Position numbers and translations under genes: made by a program. The notes beneath the pieces are model-generated. The model made no database searches. It was given only the letters and a program-made list of their open reading frames with translations, and was not told the DNA's origin. From the NCBI GenBank assembly GCA_964388035.1, contig CAYLZE010000009.1:1-36700 (forward strand): 36,700 bases of DNA, read 5' to 3'. The stretch is from an uncultured archaeon (GTDB lineage Archaea; Asgardarchaeota; Lokiarchaeia; Sigyniarchaeales; SOKP01). The stretch's first letter is position 1; every line of letters starts with the position of its first letter. This document shows positions 27,841-36,700 of the stretch, piece after piece.

Positions 27841-28356
27841 TCAACCCCTTCCTATAATCTTTGAGGCAAATTTCTTAGCTTTTTCAAGATCATCCTCATT
27901 GGGTCGCCCTTTTGAAATTTCAAGCGATTTTATGATCTCTTCCCGTCTTTCAGGAGGAAACGAGTTAATCATTTTCATTCTATCTTCTACGGGCATTCCT
28001 AAATTCTCACCTACGCAATCAAATTCTCCAACAATGGAGCATCCTTGTTTTTGAAACAATTTTTCCAGCTTTTTAAAGGGGGTTTGATAAAACTCCAAAC
28101 TTTCATGTGTGCAAAATAATGCAATCTTTTTCGGCAAGGCAGGTGCTGACGTAATGAATTTAATCAACGAATTTTTTGCCCTACTTGCATAAACACCTGA
28201 ACCTAAAATTAATAGCTCATAATCTGATAAAGTTGTGGAAGCTGCATTATCTAAAGCAATGAGATCCACGTCTTGATTCTGCAAGCCTTCTTTAATAGCT
28301 TTAGCGACTTTTTCCGTATTTCCCGTGTTTGAATAATATAATATCAATACTTTCAT
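27841..28356 (-). CDS. Flavodoxin family protein
   Basis: MKVLILYYSNTGNTEKVAKAI, LGSGVY, GRPNEDDLEKAKKFA; start taken at ATG 28356. Confidence 0.88.
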   Translation of the reverse strand: MKVLILYYSNTGNTEKVAKAIKEGLQNQDVDLIALDNAASTTLSDYELLILGSGVYASRAKNSLIKFITSAPALPKKIALFCTHESLEFYQTPFKKLEKLFQKQGCSIVGEFDCVGENLGMPVEDRMKMINSFPPERREEIIKSLEISKGRPNEDDLEKAKKFASKIIGRG

Positions 28357-28502
28357 GATTTCCAACGCTATAAAAATTCATTAAATTTAAATTAATTAGT
28401 AAATAGAATGAAAATTTTTAAATTCTTATCCTTTTTTTTAAATATTTCTCTAGTTTAATTAGTAAGTATAACTGGTTCTTTTTCAAATAAGGTGAAAAGG
28501 GA

Positions 28503-28898
28503 ATAAAACAAAGAACACACGATAAAATCGATGCAGAATTCAGTGGATTGCCCATTTCATTAGAAGAGGGCCATAGTACAGTTAAACTCTTAACTAATGA
28601 TAAAATGAGAACGGATGATACCGGACTAATTCATGGTGGTTTTATTTTTAGTTTAGCAGATTATGCCGCAATGCTGGCGGTAAATCATCCTAACGTCGTA
28701 TTGGGATCATCTGAAGTTAAATTTATTAAACCCGCTGTGAGTGGTCAGGAACTTATAGCAGAAGGGAGAATAACTGAAAAAGAAGGAAAGAAATTTATAG
28801 TACATGTGGATGTTAAATATGAAGACTCGATTATTTTCCAAGGTACTTTTATTTGTTATACCCCCGAAGAACACGTATTAAAGAGGATTAAAACATGA
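28503..28898 (+). CDS. PaaI-family hotdog thioesterase; probable non-AUG (ATA) start
   Basis: [21 protein letters not shown]; frame open from TAA 28488; GGTGA at 28491 then ATA-AAA-CAA-AGA-ACA-CAC (xKQRTH). Confidence 0.85.
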   Translation: MKQRTHDKIDAEFSGLPISLEEGHSTVKLLTNDKMRTDDTGLIHGGFIFSLADYAAMLAVNHPNVVLGSSEVKFIKPAVSGQELIAEGRITEKEGKKFIVHVDVKYEDSIIFQGTFICYTPEEHVLKRIKT

Positions 28899-30637
28899 AT
28901 GGTGGAGAAATACTAGCAGAAATAATTAAAAAGCAGGGAGTAGAATATATCTTTACCCTGTGTGGTGGACACATCGCACCAATTTTAGTAGGAGCTAAAA
29001 AACAAGGATTGAAAGTAATAGATACAAGACAAGAGCCTACCGCCGTTTTTGCCGCTGACGCAACCGCAAGATTGACGGGAATTCCGGGAATAGCCGTCGT
29101 CACAGCAGGGCCCGGAGTTACCAATTCCATCACGGCAATTAAGAATGCTCAGATGGCGGAATCCCCTGTAATCTTACTCGGAGGTGCCGTTGCTACAGCT
29201 CTTAAAGGAAGGGGAGCATTGCAAGATATAGAGCAAATAGAGTTATTTAAAACCTTGGTAAAATGGTCTGCATCCTTGGAACAAGATTGTGATTTAATCC
29301 CCGTTATGGAAGAGGCATTTGATGTTGCTAAATCAGGCATTCCCGGCCCAGTTTTTGTTGAATGTCCTATAGATCTTTTATATGATGAATCATTAGTTCG
29401 GGAATGGTATGGCGAAAAATCAGGATATACCCAACCAAAAGGAATCGTGGATCGGGTAATCAAATGGTATCTACGTAGGCATGTAGATAAATTATTTGCT
29501 TGTTCGCCCAAAAGCGAGGAAATCTCGAAAAAAGAGAACATTATCCCCTTTCATGTATCGGAAAATGAAATTAGTAAAGTTAAGAAGAATCTCTATGAAG
29601 CGGTGTCTCCCGTCTTGCTTTTAGGTGATCAAGTCACCAAGCGCGTTGAAAATGTTCCGGAATTAGCCTCCGCAATCAAGAATCTTGGAATTCCAACATT
29701 CCTTAGTGGAATGGCACGTGGATTATTAGGAGCGGATCATCCTCTCTATTATAGACACAAAAGAGGGCAAGCACTAAGGAATGCGGATCTCATCATATTA
29801 GCAGGAATTCCTCTTGATTTTAGACTTAATTATGGAAGAGGATTCAATTCGAAAGCAACCTTAGTTAATATCAATCGAAGTGAGGAGCTCATGAAACAAA
29901 ATAAGAAACCGGACATTGGACTTCAAGCGGATCCCTCCACCTTTCTTATTGAATTATCAAAAGCGTCTAAAGACCTTGACACGTCTAAATGGCGGGAATG
30001 GAAAAATAAACTTACCAACCTAAATGAAGAAAGCGAAGAAGAAATTAGAAAGTTTGCCGAAGCACCCACATCATATATAAATCCCTTAGTGTTATGTGAG
30101 AAAATAAATGATCATCTCGAAAATAATAGCATCATTATCGGTGATGGAGGAGATTTTGTGGCAACTGCATCTTACTTGGTGAAGCCCAAGAACCCCCTTT
30201 CTTGGCTGGATCCCGGTCCATACGGTACTCTGGGGGTTGGGGCAGGTTTTGCCATGGCCGCAAAAATAGCGAATCCGTCTGCTGAAGTATGGCTGTTATA
30301 TGGAGATGGAGCCGCAGGATATAGTATCATTGAATTTGATAGTTTCATTAGACACGGACTTCCTATAATAGCAGTGATTGGGAATGATGCAGGGTGGACG
30401 CAAATTGCACGAGATCAAGTGGAATACTTAAACGATGACGTTGCAACAGTACTTAGATATAATGATTATCATATCATTGCAGAAGGATGTGGTGCTAAAG
30501 GACTCTTATTAAATAAGACTGAAGATATCGATAAAGTTCTGCAAGAAGCTAAGGACCTGAATGAAAAAGGATATCCCGTCTTGATTAATGCACTTATTGG
30601 AAAAACAGATTTTCGAAAAGGTTCGATTTCAATGTAA
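28895..30637 (+). CDS. Thiamine-diphosphate enzyme, ILVBL/HACL2-like (acetolactate synthase-like / 2-hydroxyacyl-CoA lyase)
   Basis: [33 protein letters not shown]...GND TPP motif, C-terminal [13 protein letters not shown]; ATGA overlap with the thioesterase. Confidence 0.88.
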   Translation: MNGGEILAEIIKKQGVEYIFTLCGGHIAPILVGAKKQGLKVIDTRQEPTAVFAADATARLTGIPGIAVVTAGPGVTNSITAIKNAQMAESPVILLGGAVATALKGRGALQDIEQIELFKTLVKWSASLEQDCDLIPVMEEAFDVAKSGIPGPVFVECPIDLLYDESLVREWYGEKSGYTQPKGIVDRVIKWYLRRHVDKLFACSPKSEEISKKENIIPFHVSENEISKVKKNLYEAVSPVLLLGDQVTKRVENVPELASAIKNLGIPTFLSGMARGLLGADHPLYYRHKRGQALRNADLIILAGIPLDFRLNYGRGFNSKATLVNINRSEELMKQNKKPDIGLQADPSTFLIELSKASKDLDTSKWREWKNKLTNLNEESEEEIRKFAEAPTSYINPLVLCEKINDHLENNSIIIGDGGDFVATASYLVKPKNPLSWLDPGPYGTLGVGAGFAMAAKIANPSAEVWLLYGDGAAGYSIIEFDSFIRHGLPIIAVIGNDAGWTQIARDQVEYLNDDVATVLRYNDYHIIAEGCGAKGLLLNKTEDIDKVLQEAKDLNEKGYPVLINALIGKTDFRKGSISM

Positions 30638-30652
30638 TTTCTTTATCTTGCT

Positions 30653-31558
30653 TTAAATTTCAAGTTTAAAAAACTTTTTAGCATTTTGAACTGTTTTTTC
30701 ACTTACCTCTTTTTGAGACAATTTGAGAATGAATGCGATAGCTGCAATGGAATATCGAACATTTGAAGGAACGTTTACCGGACCCCTTTTGAACGGATGC
30801 TGGTAATAACTATCCGTCTCTGTTACAAGTGCGTTTAACGATGCAGATTTAAGATTTTCTTGCCATCTTTTAAATCCAAAAGCCGAGCTTGGAACAGACA
30901 ACGTGTATCCTTGTTTGGAGAGGATCGATCCATATTTCATGGGACCCGAAAAACAATGCCACATTACTTTATCTGGGGGGACTTTAAACTCCTTTAAAAT
31001 TTTTAGAATTTCTTGGTTTGCCCCATCCTCGTGATTATATTCATGATCAGGGTTTTCCTTATCAATTTCATGGCTTGCTGCATTTCTAACGTGTAATACA
31101 TATGGTTTATCCAAATGTTGAGTCTGTTCAAATATTTTTCTTAACTCCTCGACTTGCCTTTCCCTTTTTTGTAATGTTTTTGCATGATGAAAATCTAATC
31201 CAATCTCTCCAATAGCAAGGAAATTCTCTGAGTTCTCTTTAACATACTGTATCCATTCTTTCCACTGAGATTCATAATTCTTTGGAGGAGAATACGTGAC
31301 CGTTTGAGGTGCCCAACCACAAGTGAATCCATATTTAGTATTATCCACTTTTTCTCGAAATTCTAAAGTTATTTTCAATGTCTGCATATCTATGGTACTA
31401 CTAATCATGTACAAGCCCCCCAACTTAAAAAAGTGATCATATTGTTCTCTATCGGGGGGAAGAATATCCTTTGGAGGTCGTGGGAAGGGTAAATGACAAT
31501 GAACATCGATGAATTCGAGATTTCGTTCTGGTTCAGGAGGAACAGATTTTATACTCAT
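30653..31558 (-). CDS. tatD: TatD-family metal-dependent hydrolase
   Basis: DVHCH, IGEIGLD, LHVR, HCFSG, ETDS. Confidence 0.85.
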   Translation of the reverse strand: MSIKSVPPEPERNLEFIDVHCHLPFPRPPKDILPPDREQYDHFFKLGGLYMISSTIDMQTLKITLEFREKVDNTKYGFTCGWAPQTVTYSPPKNYESQWKEWIQYVKENSENFLAIGEIGLDFHHAKTLQKRERQVEELRKIFEQTQHLDKPYVLHVRNAASHEIDKENPDHEYNHEDGANQEILKILKEFKVPPDKVMWHCFSGPMKYGSILSKQGYTLSVPSSAFGFKRWQENLKSASLNALVTETDSYYQHPFKRGPVNVPSNVRYSIAAIAFILKLSQKEVSEKTVQNAKKFFKLEI

Positions 31559-31773
31559 AGAATTAGCTACGTGTAATTTTCATTGCTATTGAAAATACTT
31601 ATTCAATTATAATTTTTTTTAAGATTTAGAGATAAGTGTTAAATACAAAATATTCCTTTTTATTATCGAATCCAATAGTTCCTTTTTAAATTAAATTAAT
31701 AGTTTATAAATTTTTGGTTTTAATAGAGATTTAAATAGATCTGGTGCCACCATAATTTTGAAGGTTCTTTATC

Positions 31774-31995
31774 ATGCAATCATCAAAATTTTATCGAGCT
31801 ATCTTTAAGGGAAAATTTAAAAAAAATCTGAAAATAAACCGGTATTCGTCAGCTGAAGTTCTTCACGCGATAATGGAATATATTCCCGAAGAAGATGAAG
31901 GAATCATTGAAATATACGAAATTGATTTTGAGACTAAAGCTGAAAAAGCTCATAAAAAGATATTGATAATAAACGATTTAGGGTTCCAAGAATAA
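31774..31995 (+). CDS. Hypothetical protein (73 aa)
   Basis: ATG-initiated ORF with plausible composition; no recognisable motif. Confidence 0.55.
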   Translation: MQSSKFYRAIFKGKFKKNLKINRYSSAEVLHAIMEYIPEEDEGIIEIYEIDFETKAEKAHKKILIINDLGFQE

Positions 31996-32186
31996 AAACT
32001 GTACCCAATAGATATGTAAAAATTCTGGGATTATTAAACTTCATTACTGTCGCTTTGGTTTGTATCAAGAATTATAAGTCTCCTCCCTCTTCATGATATA
32101 TTTGAAAAAATATACTATCGTGATATTACTTCATCTTTAATACTAAATTTTGAATAAATATATAAAAAATATATAGGTGTGATTTT

Positions 32187-32330
32187 TTGGAACTATTTGA
32201 AGAAGAAATTGAAATCTATAACTCAAAAATGAGGCTTCTAAATTGGATCATGGAAGAAATATCCCTCCAAAAAGGATCCTATGAAGAAATAATAAAGAAG
32301 GAAGGTCAAAATCTCCCCATAAATATTTGA
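32187..32330 (+). CDS. Putative small acidic helical protein (47 aa)
   Basis: TTG start after GGTGTGA; MELFEEEIEIYNSKMRLLNWIMEEISLQKGSYEEIIKKEGQNLPINI*. Confidence 0.5.
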   Translation: MELFEEEIEIYNSKMRLLNWIMEEISLQKGSYEEIIKKEGQNLPINI

Positions 32331-32396
32331 AATAAATAAAAAAATAGTATAAAAAGAACAAAAAATAAGTAGTAATTTTAAAAAAAAATAATATAC

Positions 32397-32801
32397 TCAT
32401 GCTTGAGCCGCTTTCTGCAAAGCAGCTAGCTCCTTATTAAGAGCTTTAATTTCCTTATTAAGAGCTTTTATATTAGTACTTTTTTCCTTTTCAATTTCTT
32501 TCAATTTAGCTTTAAGGGATTTATCCTTGTTTGATTTTAAAGAACTCAGTTCATTGGTAAGATTCTTGACTGAGGCTTTCTTTTCATCCAAAGTGGTTTT
32601 CCATTTATTGAAATTCTGGGTTGCCTCATCTAAAAGCTTTTGTTCTGCTCCAAGTTTGGTACTTGAAGCATCAATCTTAGGATTGAAATCTGCTTCAATT
32701 TGCTTTTCAGCATCCGCTTCCTTTTTAGAAGCTGCTTCTTCAACCTTAGTGATCTCATCCTCTTTAGCAGAAATTTTACTTCGAATATCTTCTTCGCTCA
32801 T
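32397..32801 (-). CDS. All-helical coiled-coil protein (134 aa)
   Basis: K/E/A-rich heptads; tandem IKALNKE-IKALNKE; AGGTGA upstream of the ATG. Confidence 0.8.
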   Translation of the reverse strand: MSEEDIRSKISAKEDEITKVEEAASKKEADAEKQIEADFNPKIDASSTKLGAEQKLLDEATQNFNKWKTTLDEKKASVKNLTNELSSLKSNKDKSLKAKLKEIEKEKSTNIKALNKEIKALNKELAALQKAAQA

Positions 32802-33040
32802 TTAATTCACCTTTTTTGATTATAATATTTAAAATTAATACGATTGTGGTTTTCAATAGAATTTTATTAAATTTCTATATGATTCTAATATCTTTTGAAT
32901 ATTAAAAATTTTTTCTATAAATGCTTGTTTAACAAAAGGAGAACTAAAATATTGAAGCGAGTATCAAATAATAGCAGATTTAAGAAAAAGAAGATATTTT
33001 AAAAAAATAAAAAGCTATATTTTACAAATTCTGATTCCTC

Positions 33041-34066
33041 TTATCTTTCAGGAACGGTTTCTCCCAAGGATAAACGGCATAAATCGCTTAATAGATAATT
33101 CTTCAATCCTTTTCTATTCACTTTTGAACCGAGGGATTCTAAACACATCGGGCAATTATAAACAGCAGCAACCGCCTCATGATCAATCATATCTTGTATA
33201 TTTTTATCTTGGGTTTCACGCATTAACTTGCTCTTACCCAGGGTTGCTAACACTCCCGCACAACATAAAGCATTTTCTCTGTCATACTTTCTGTTTACTC
33301 TTTCTACTCCGATTAAATCGCAGATCTCATCCACCACTTTTTCAATATGAGGCGAAAAACGATTAGAGCAAGGTCTCTGATAAGCTATTTTCATGTTCAA
33401 TTTTTTAATATCTCCGTCGTGAGATTTTAAATAATCCCGAATATATTCAAAAAGGTGAATAGGTTTAAATCCATCGGGAAGTGGCAAATTATTTCTGGGA
33501 CAATAAGAATTATAGAACCCATAACATTCATCGTGAAAACATATCATCTCCTTGATACCTTGCTGTTTAATGTTATCAGCAATAATGGGAGCTCGTTCCA
33601 TGATAACGGAATCCTTTGCAAAATGGTGGTATAATAAATTACAAAAATAGGATAATCCGCTGACATTTTGTAAGTCATCAAATAATTTTCCCTGCATACT
33701 TTCTGCGTTGGATTTTACAAAAGCGCATTTATTTAAAACGGGTTTATTGGGATCGATCTCTTTCAATCGCAATTCTGGATGAGGTTTATACCTGTTCACC
33801 GTGGATTCCACCAATTTCGGATTAATATTTAAAGAGCCATATTTTTCCTGCAGAACCGTGATTAAATCGAAAGGATGAGAATTGTAGGGACAATATTCAT
33901 CACAAGCAAAGCATGTAATACAATCTTTTAAGACAGAGGATTCCTCTCCGTTAATCATTTTTACTATTTCCGATCTTGCCGCATCCACATTATCAAAATC
34001 AATCCATTGACATCGGGTAAGGCAATCTATACTCGCACAATTAGCACAATTCGAGTTATCAAACAT
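33041..34066 (-). CDS. Fe-S-binding CCG-domain oxidoreductase subunit (HdrB/D-related)
   Basis: CANCASIDC...C, CITCFACDEYCP, YQRPC, LCCAG, CPMC. Confidence 0.82.
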   Translation of the reverse strand: MFDNSNCANCASIDCLTRCQWIDFDNVDAARSEIVKMINGEESSVLKDCITCFACDEYCPYNSHPFDLITVLQEKYGSLNINPKLVESTVNRYKPHPELRLKEIDPNKPVLNKCAFVKSNAESMQGKLFDDLQNVSGLSYFCNLLYHHFAKDSVIMERAPIIADNIKQQGIKEMICFHDECYGFYNSYCPRNNLPLPDGFKPIHLFEYIRDYLKSHDGDIKKLNMKIAYQRPCSNRFSPHIEKVVDEICDLIGVERVNRKYDRENALCCAGVLATLGKSKLMRETQDKNIQDMIDHEAVAAVYNCPMCLESLGSKVNRKGLKNYLLSDLCRLSLGETVPER

Positions 34067-34175
34067 TTTTATTCTTTATAGTTGTTTTATGAATGATTAT
34101 TAATTTTAATAAATCGTATATAATAGATATTATGGTTAATTCACATAAAAAAATTATACCCTTTTCTCATAAGTA

Positions 34176-34691
34176 CTATTCCCTTAATATAAATTCCCAA
34201 GCACAATAAAAGTTTTTGGGATGAGCATCGGGCGGACAAGCAATACAGCGAGTTTCGATTCTAGGATCGATGGTTTTGGCAAAATTAGAATATTCCACGA
34301 CCCCCACCTTTTTGCAAGGAAAATCAGGCAATCCTTTTCTATTCCGGGCAGATTGAACGCGACAATTGTTCATTCTAAACACGCAACGTGTTTTGGATTC
34401 CTCAATGATTTCTTGTTCGTTTATATTAGCATACACCCTAAATTTTAAAGCTTTTATTAACGCAGGAATGCCTCCATTCTTTGGAATGTTAAATCTCTGC
34501 ATTATTCTTTCTGCCTCGACCATAGTAAACCTTTGCCATGATTTGGTGTCTAATTCAATAGCCACATCCATTCCGAATTTTTCTTCTGCCGCTAAAAACC
34601 AAGTTCCATCAATTGCTAACCAGTTTTTAGAAATGTCTTCGATATATTGAATTAATTCGTCTTTTGAAAGGTTTTTTAACTCCTCATTCAT
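34176..34691 (-). CDS. DUF6125-like / V4R-related Cys-containing protein
   Basis: WLAIDGTWF, CRVQSAR..KGL..FPC, FAKTIDPRI..RC..CPPD...CAWEF. Confidence 0.7.
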   Translation of the reverse strand: MNEELKNLSKDELIQYIEDISKNWLAIDGTWFLAAEEKFGMDVAIELDTKSWQRFTMVEAERIMQRFNIPKNGGIPALIKALKFRVYANINEQEIIEESKTRCVFRMNNCRVQSARNRKGLPDFPCKKVGVVEYSNFAKTIDPRIETRCIACPPDAHPKNFYCAWEFILRE

Positions 34692-34893
34692 ACTAATAGA
34701 TTCTCTTTCAAATTGTTTTATTTAATGAATGGGAAAAATAATACTACTTATTATTCTTTTTTAAATAGCTACCTTTTTGCCCCTACTTTTCCGTAAGAAT
34801 TTTGTTGTAAGCATTAACTATTCTATATAATATTCAAATGATCATTCAAATTGAATAAAAAAATTAAGTGTTCAACCAAAGTGAGGATAAAAG

Positions 34894-35241
34894 TTGAAAG
34901 AAATTGATAAAATTAATAAAAATAGAGAGGAAGCAAATAAATACTTGCTTACTCATGGTTCAAAGGTATTTAAAGCATTCATGGATTTAGAAAAAGCGAC
35001 CTTCTCAGAAGGTTCATTAAAAAAAATGTATAAAGAGCTTATTGCTTTGGGGATATCCGTTATAATCAATTGTGAATCGTGCATGCAATGGCACATGAAG
35101 CAAGCTTTAGACTCTGGAGCCAGTAAGGAAGAGATTATCGAAACTATTGAAGTCGCAATAGAAATGGGGGGAGGCCCTGCTACAGTTTCCAGTCGATTCG
35201 CATTAAGAGCCCTTAAACATTATACAGAGACAGGGGGCTAA
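34894..35241 (+). CDS. Carboxymuconolactone decarboxylase / AhpD-like protein
   Basis: KELIALGISVIINCESCMQWH...GASKEEIIE. Confidence 0.9.
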   Translation: MKEIDKINKNREEANKYLLTHGSKVFKAFMDLEKATFSEGSLKKMYKELIALGISVIINCESCMQWHMKQALDSGASKEEIIETIEVAIEMGGGPATVSSRFALRALKHYTETGG

Positions 35242-35244
35242 ATC

Positions 35245-35496
35245 ATGAGATTATCGCAACGAAGTGGAACAATTTTAATGGCGGCCTTAATGGCAAGTAT
35301 ATTGTCACTAATCATGTCGTTTACTATGGATTCCATTAACGTGGGATTCGTATCGTACTTTTTCATGGTTTGGATGCGAGATTTTTTAATTGCATTTTTA
35401 GTTTCTTTCCCCTCGACTCTATTATTTCAACCGGTATTAATGAAATTAATAGATAAATGGGTCGATGAAAAGGAAAAATTGAAGCAAGGAACTTAA
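35245..35496 (+). CDS. DUF2798-like small membrane protein
   Basis: Two hydrophobic helices; W..FLIAFLVSFP pattern. Confidence 0.7.
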   Translation: MRLSQRSGTILMAALMASILSLIMSFTMDSINVGFVSYFFMVWMRDFLIAFLVSFPSTLLFQPVLMKLIDKWVDEKEKLKQGT

Positions 35497-36374
35497 CTTA
35501 GGGGCCATTTTAACAGTGATTTAATGAGATTCATTATAGATAAATCACCACGTGTTAACGTCCCTATTGCAGTTTCTCTTCCAAACGTTCTCTTTAAAAT
35601 TTTTTTTAATATCTTTTCATTATCTTGGAGCTTTTCAGATTCTTCTTGAAAAAGTTGATGAACTTTTCGATGAAGGGAGTTAATCTCGTTCAATTTTTCT
35701 GTTAGAAATGCTTTCCCTTTATATTCATCGTGACCACTAAGAAAGATTTTCAAATCCCCCATTCCTTCAGTATATTCATCCAACTTCTTAATAGAATTAT
35801 AAATTTCTTGCATATCTTCTTGAATATCACTTTCTCCCCCGAATAACATTTTATATTTGGGCTGGATAGCATCGGCCGTGAAGAGCCATTGTTTAGTTTT
35901 TTCAATTAATGCAATTTGGTCGGGAGAATGACCAGGCATTGGAAAAACTTCAAATACATAATTACCGGATTGGGATGTAATTGATGCCGGGATTATTTCA
36001 GCTTCAACGGGCAATCTCTTTTCTCCCCAAGCTGCTTGACGATATTGGGGGTAAGTATGCTCTTCTCTAAGGATTTTAATCGCGTTTTCGTGAGCAAATA
36101 GAGGGATTTTGAATTCTCTTTGTAAAATATGAGCCCCTCCGCAATGATCCTCGTGGGTGTGCGTTATAACACAGAGTTTTAATGGGCTTTTTTCTTTTAT
36201 TTCTTTTACAAAATTTCTAAAATCATTTACTCCTGCTGGTGCTCCTGAATCGATTAAAATGCCATCAACATGATAAACAGAGCAAAAGAAAGGGCTGGGG
36301 ATTAATTCATTGTCCGATGCCCATTTCCATTCTATAATATCTCCCGCTTCATGGCTTATAATTTTAGTAACCAT
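35493..36374 (-). CDS. Metallo-beta-lactamase fold hydrolase
   Basis: LIDSG, THTHEDHCGG, PGHS, LFTAD, SGH. Confidence 0.9.
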   Translation of the reverse strand: MVTKIISHEAGDIIEWKWASDNELIPSPFFCSVYHVDGILIDSGAPAGVNDFRNFVKEIKEKSPLKLCVITHTHEDHCGGAHILQREFKIPLFAHENAIKILREEHTYPQYRQAAWGEKRLPVEAEIIPASITSQSGNYVFEVFPMPGHSPDQIALIEKTKQWLFTADAIQPKYKMLFGGESDIQEDMQEIYNSIKKLDEYTEGMGDLKIFLSGHDEYKGKAFLTEKLNEINSLHRKVHQLFQEESEKLQDNEKILKKILKRTFGRETAIGTLTRGDLSIMNLIKSLLKWPLS

Positions 36375-36700
36375 ATAATTTCAAAAATTCTGATTATTAC
36401 TTGAATTTTATTTTAATTCTCATCTTTAAATCTCAATCAAAATAAAACCTTAAGAAATTATTTTTAATTTAGTTATGACTTCATGGATTAAACAAGCAGT
36501 TTAAAGATCTCCTGATCTCGAGTAAAAAAAAATACTAAAAGAAGTACCTTCTGTACTTAAAAATTGAATTCTCTATGGGTTTTTGATGCAATACTAAATA
36601 AAAATAATAATTAACGATTTAGATTAGGTGAAAAGAAGGTTTTTTATCACTTTTATTTAATTTCTTGAGAAATTTTTATAAGGAAAATGATTTTAAACTT

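Noticed and set aside
268-34650. Antisense or overlapping ORFs in the track (e.g. 268-672, 2399-2758, 4874-5263, 8530-9015, 9633-9941, 29149-29541, 32527-32805)
   Set aside because: Shadows of well-supported genes with no motifs of their own

Overview
AT-rich prokaryotic chromosomal window that looks like an Asgard archaeon (Lokiarchaeia-like). The taxonomic call is an inference from a Rab-like GTPase with a Cys-rich tail, an SDS22-type LRR protein, SCP2/acyl-CoA ligase lipid genes, CooC plus an ACS-beta-like gene, TATA/BRE promoters, GGTGA-type ribosome-binding sites and eukaryote-like SECIS elements. Most of it is dispersed metabolic genes. The main result is a selenoprotein micro-system on the minus strand that the ORF track misses. 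(1) A peroxiredoxin-like Trx-fold gene, split by the ORF caller, has the active site RGAF-U-K-P-U (two in-frame UGA) and a SECIS-like hairpin over its 3' end. (2) A second SECIS-like hairpin of identical geometry (AUGA-29 nt-GA plus an ACCC..GGGU side hairpin) lies just downstream of an unannotated 37-codon zinc-ribbon ORF ending UGA-UAG. (3) That UGA aligns without gaps to a Cys in a paralogous 50-aa zinc-ribbon ORF about 5 kb away, so this is a candidate new tiny selenoprotein family with terminal Sec. Other notable points are three genes that apparently need ATA/ATT starts, a large protein resembling an adaptin/delta-COP mu-homology domain, a 1.7-kb insert flanked by a duplicated gene 3' end, a HACL2/ILVBL-type TPP enzyme and a small 11-mer-repeat amphipathic peptide. 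I found no rRNA, tRNA, CRISPR array or transposase. All calls are from reading the sequence by eye; no searches were run.
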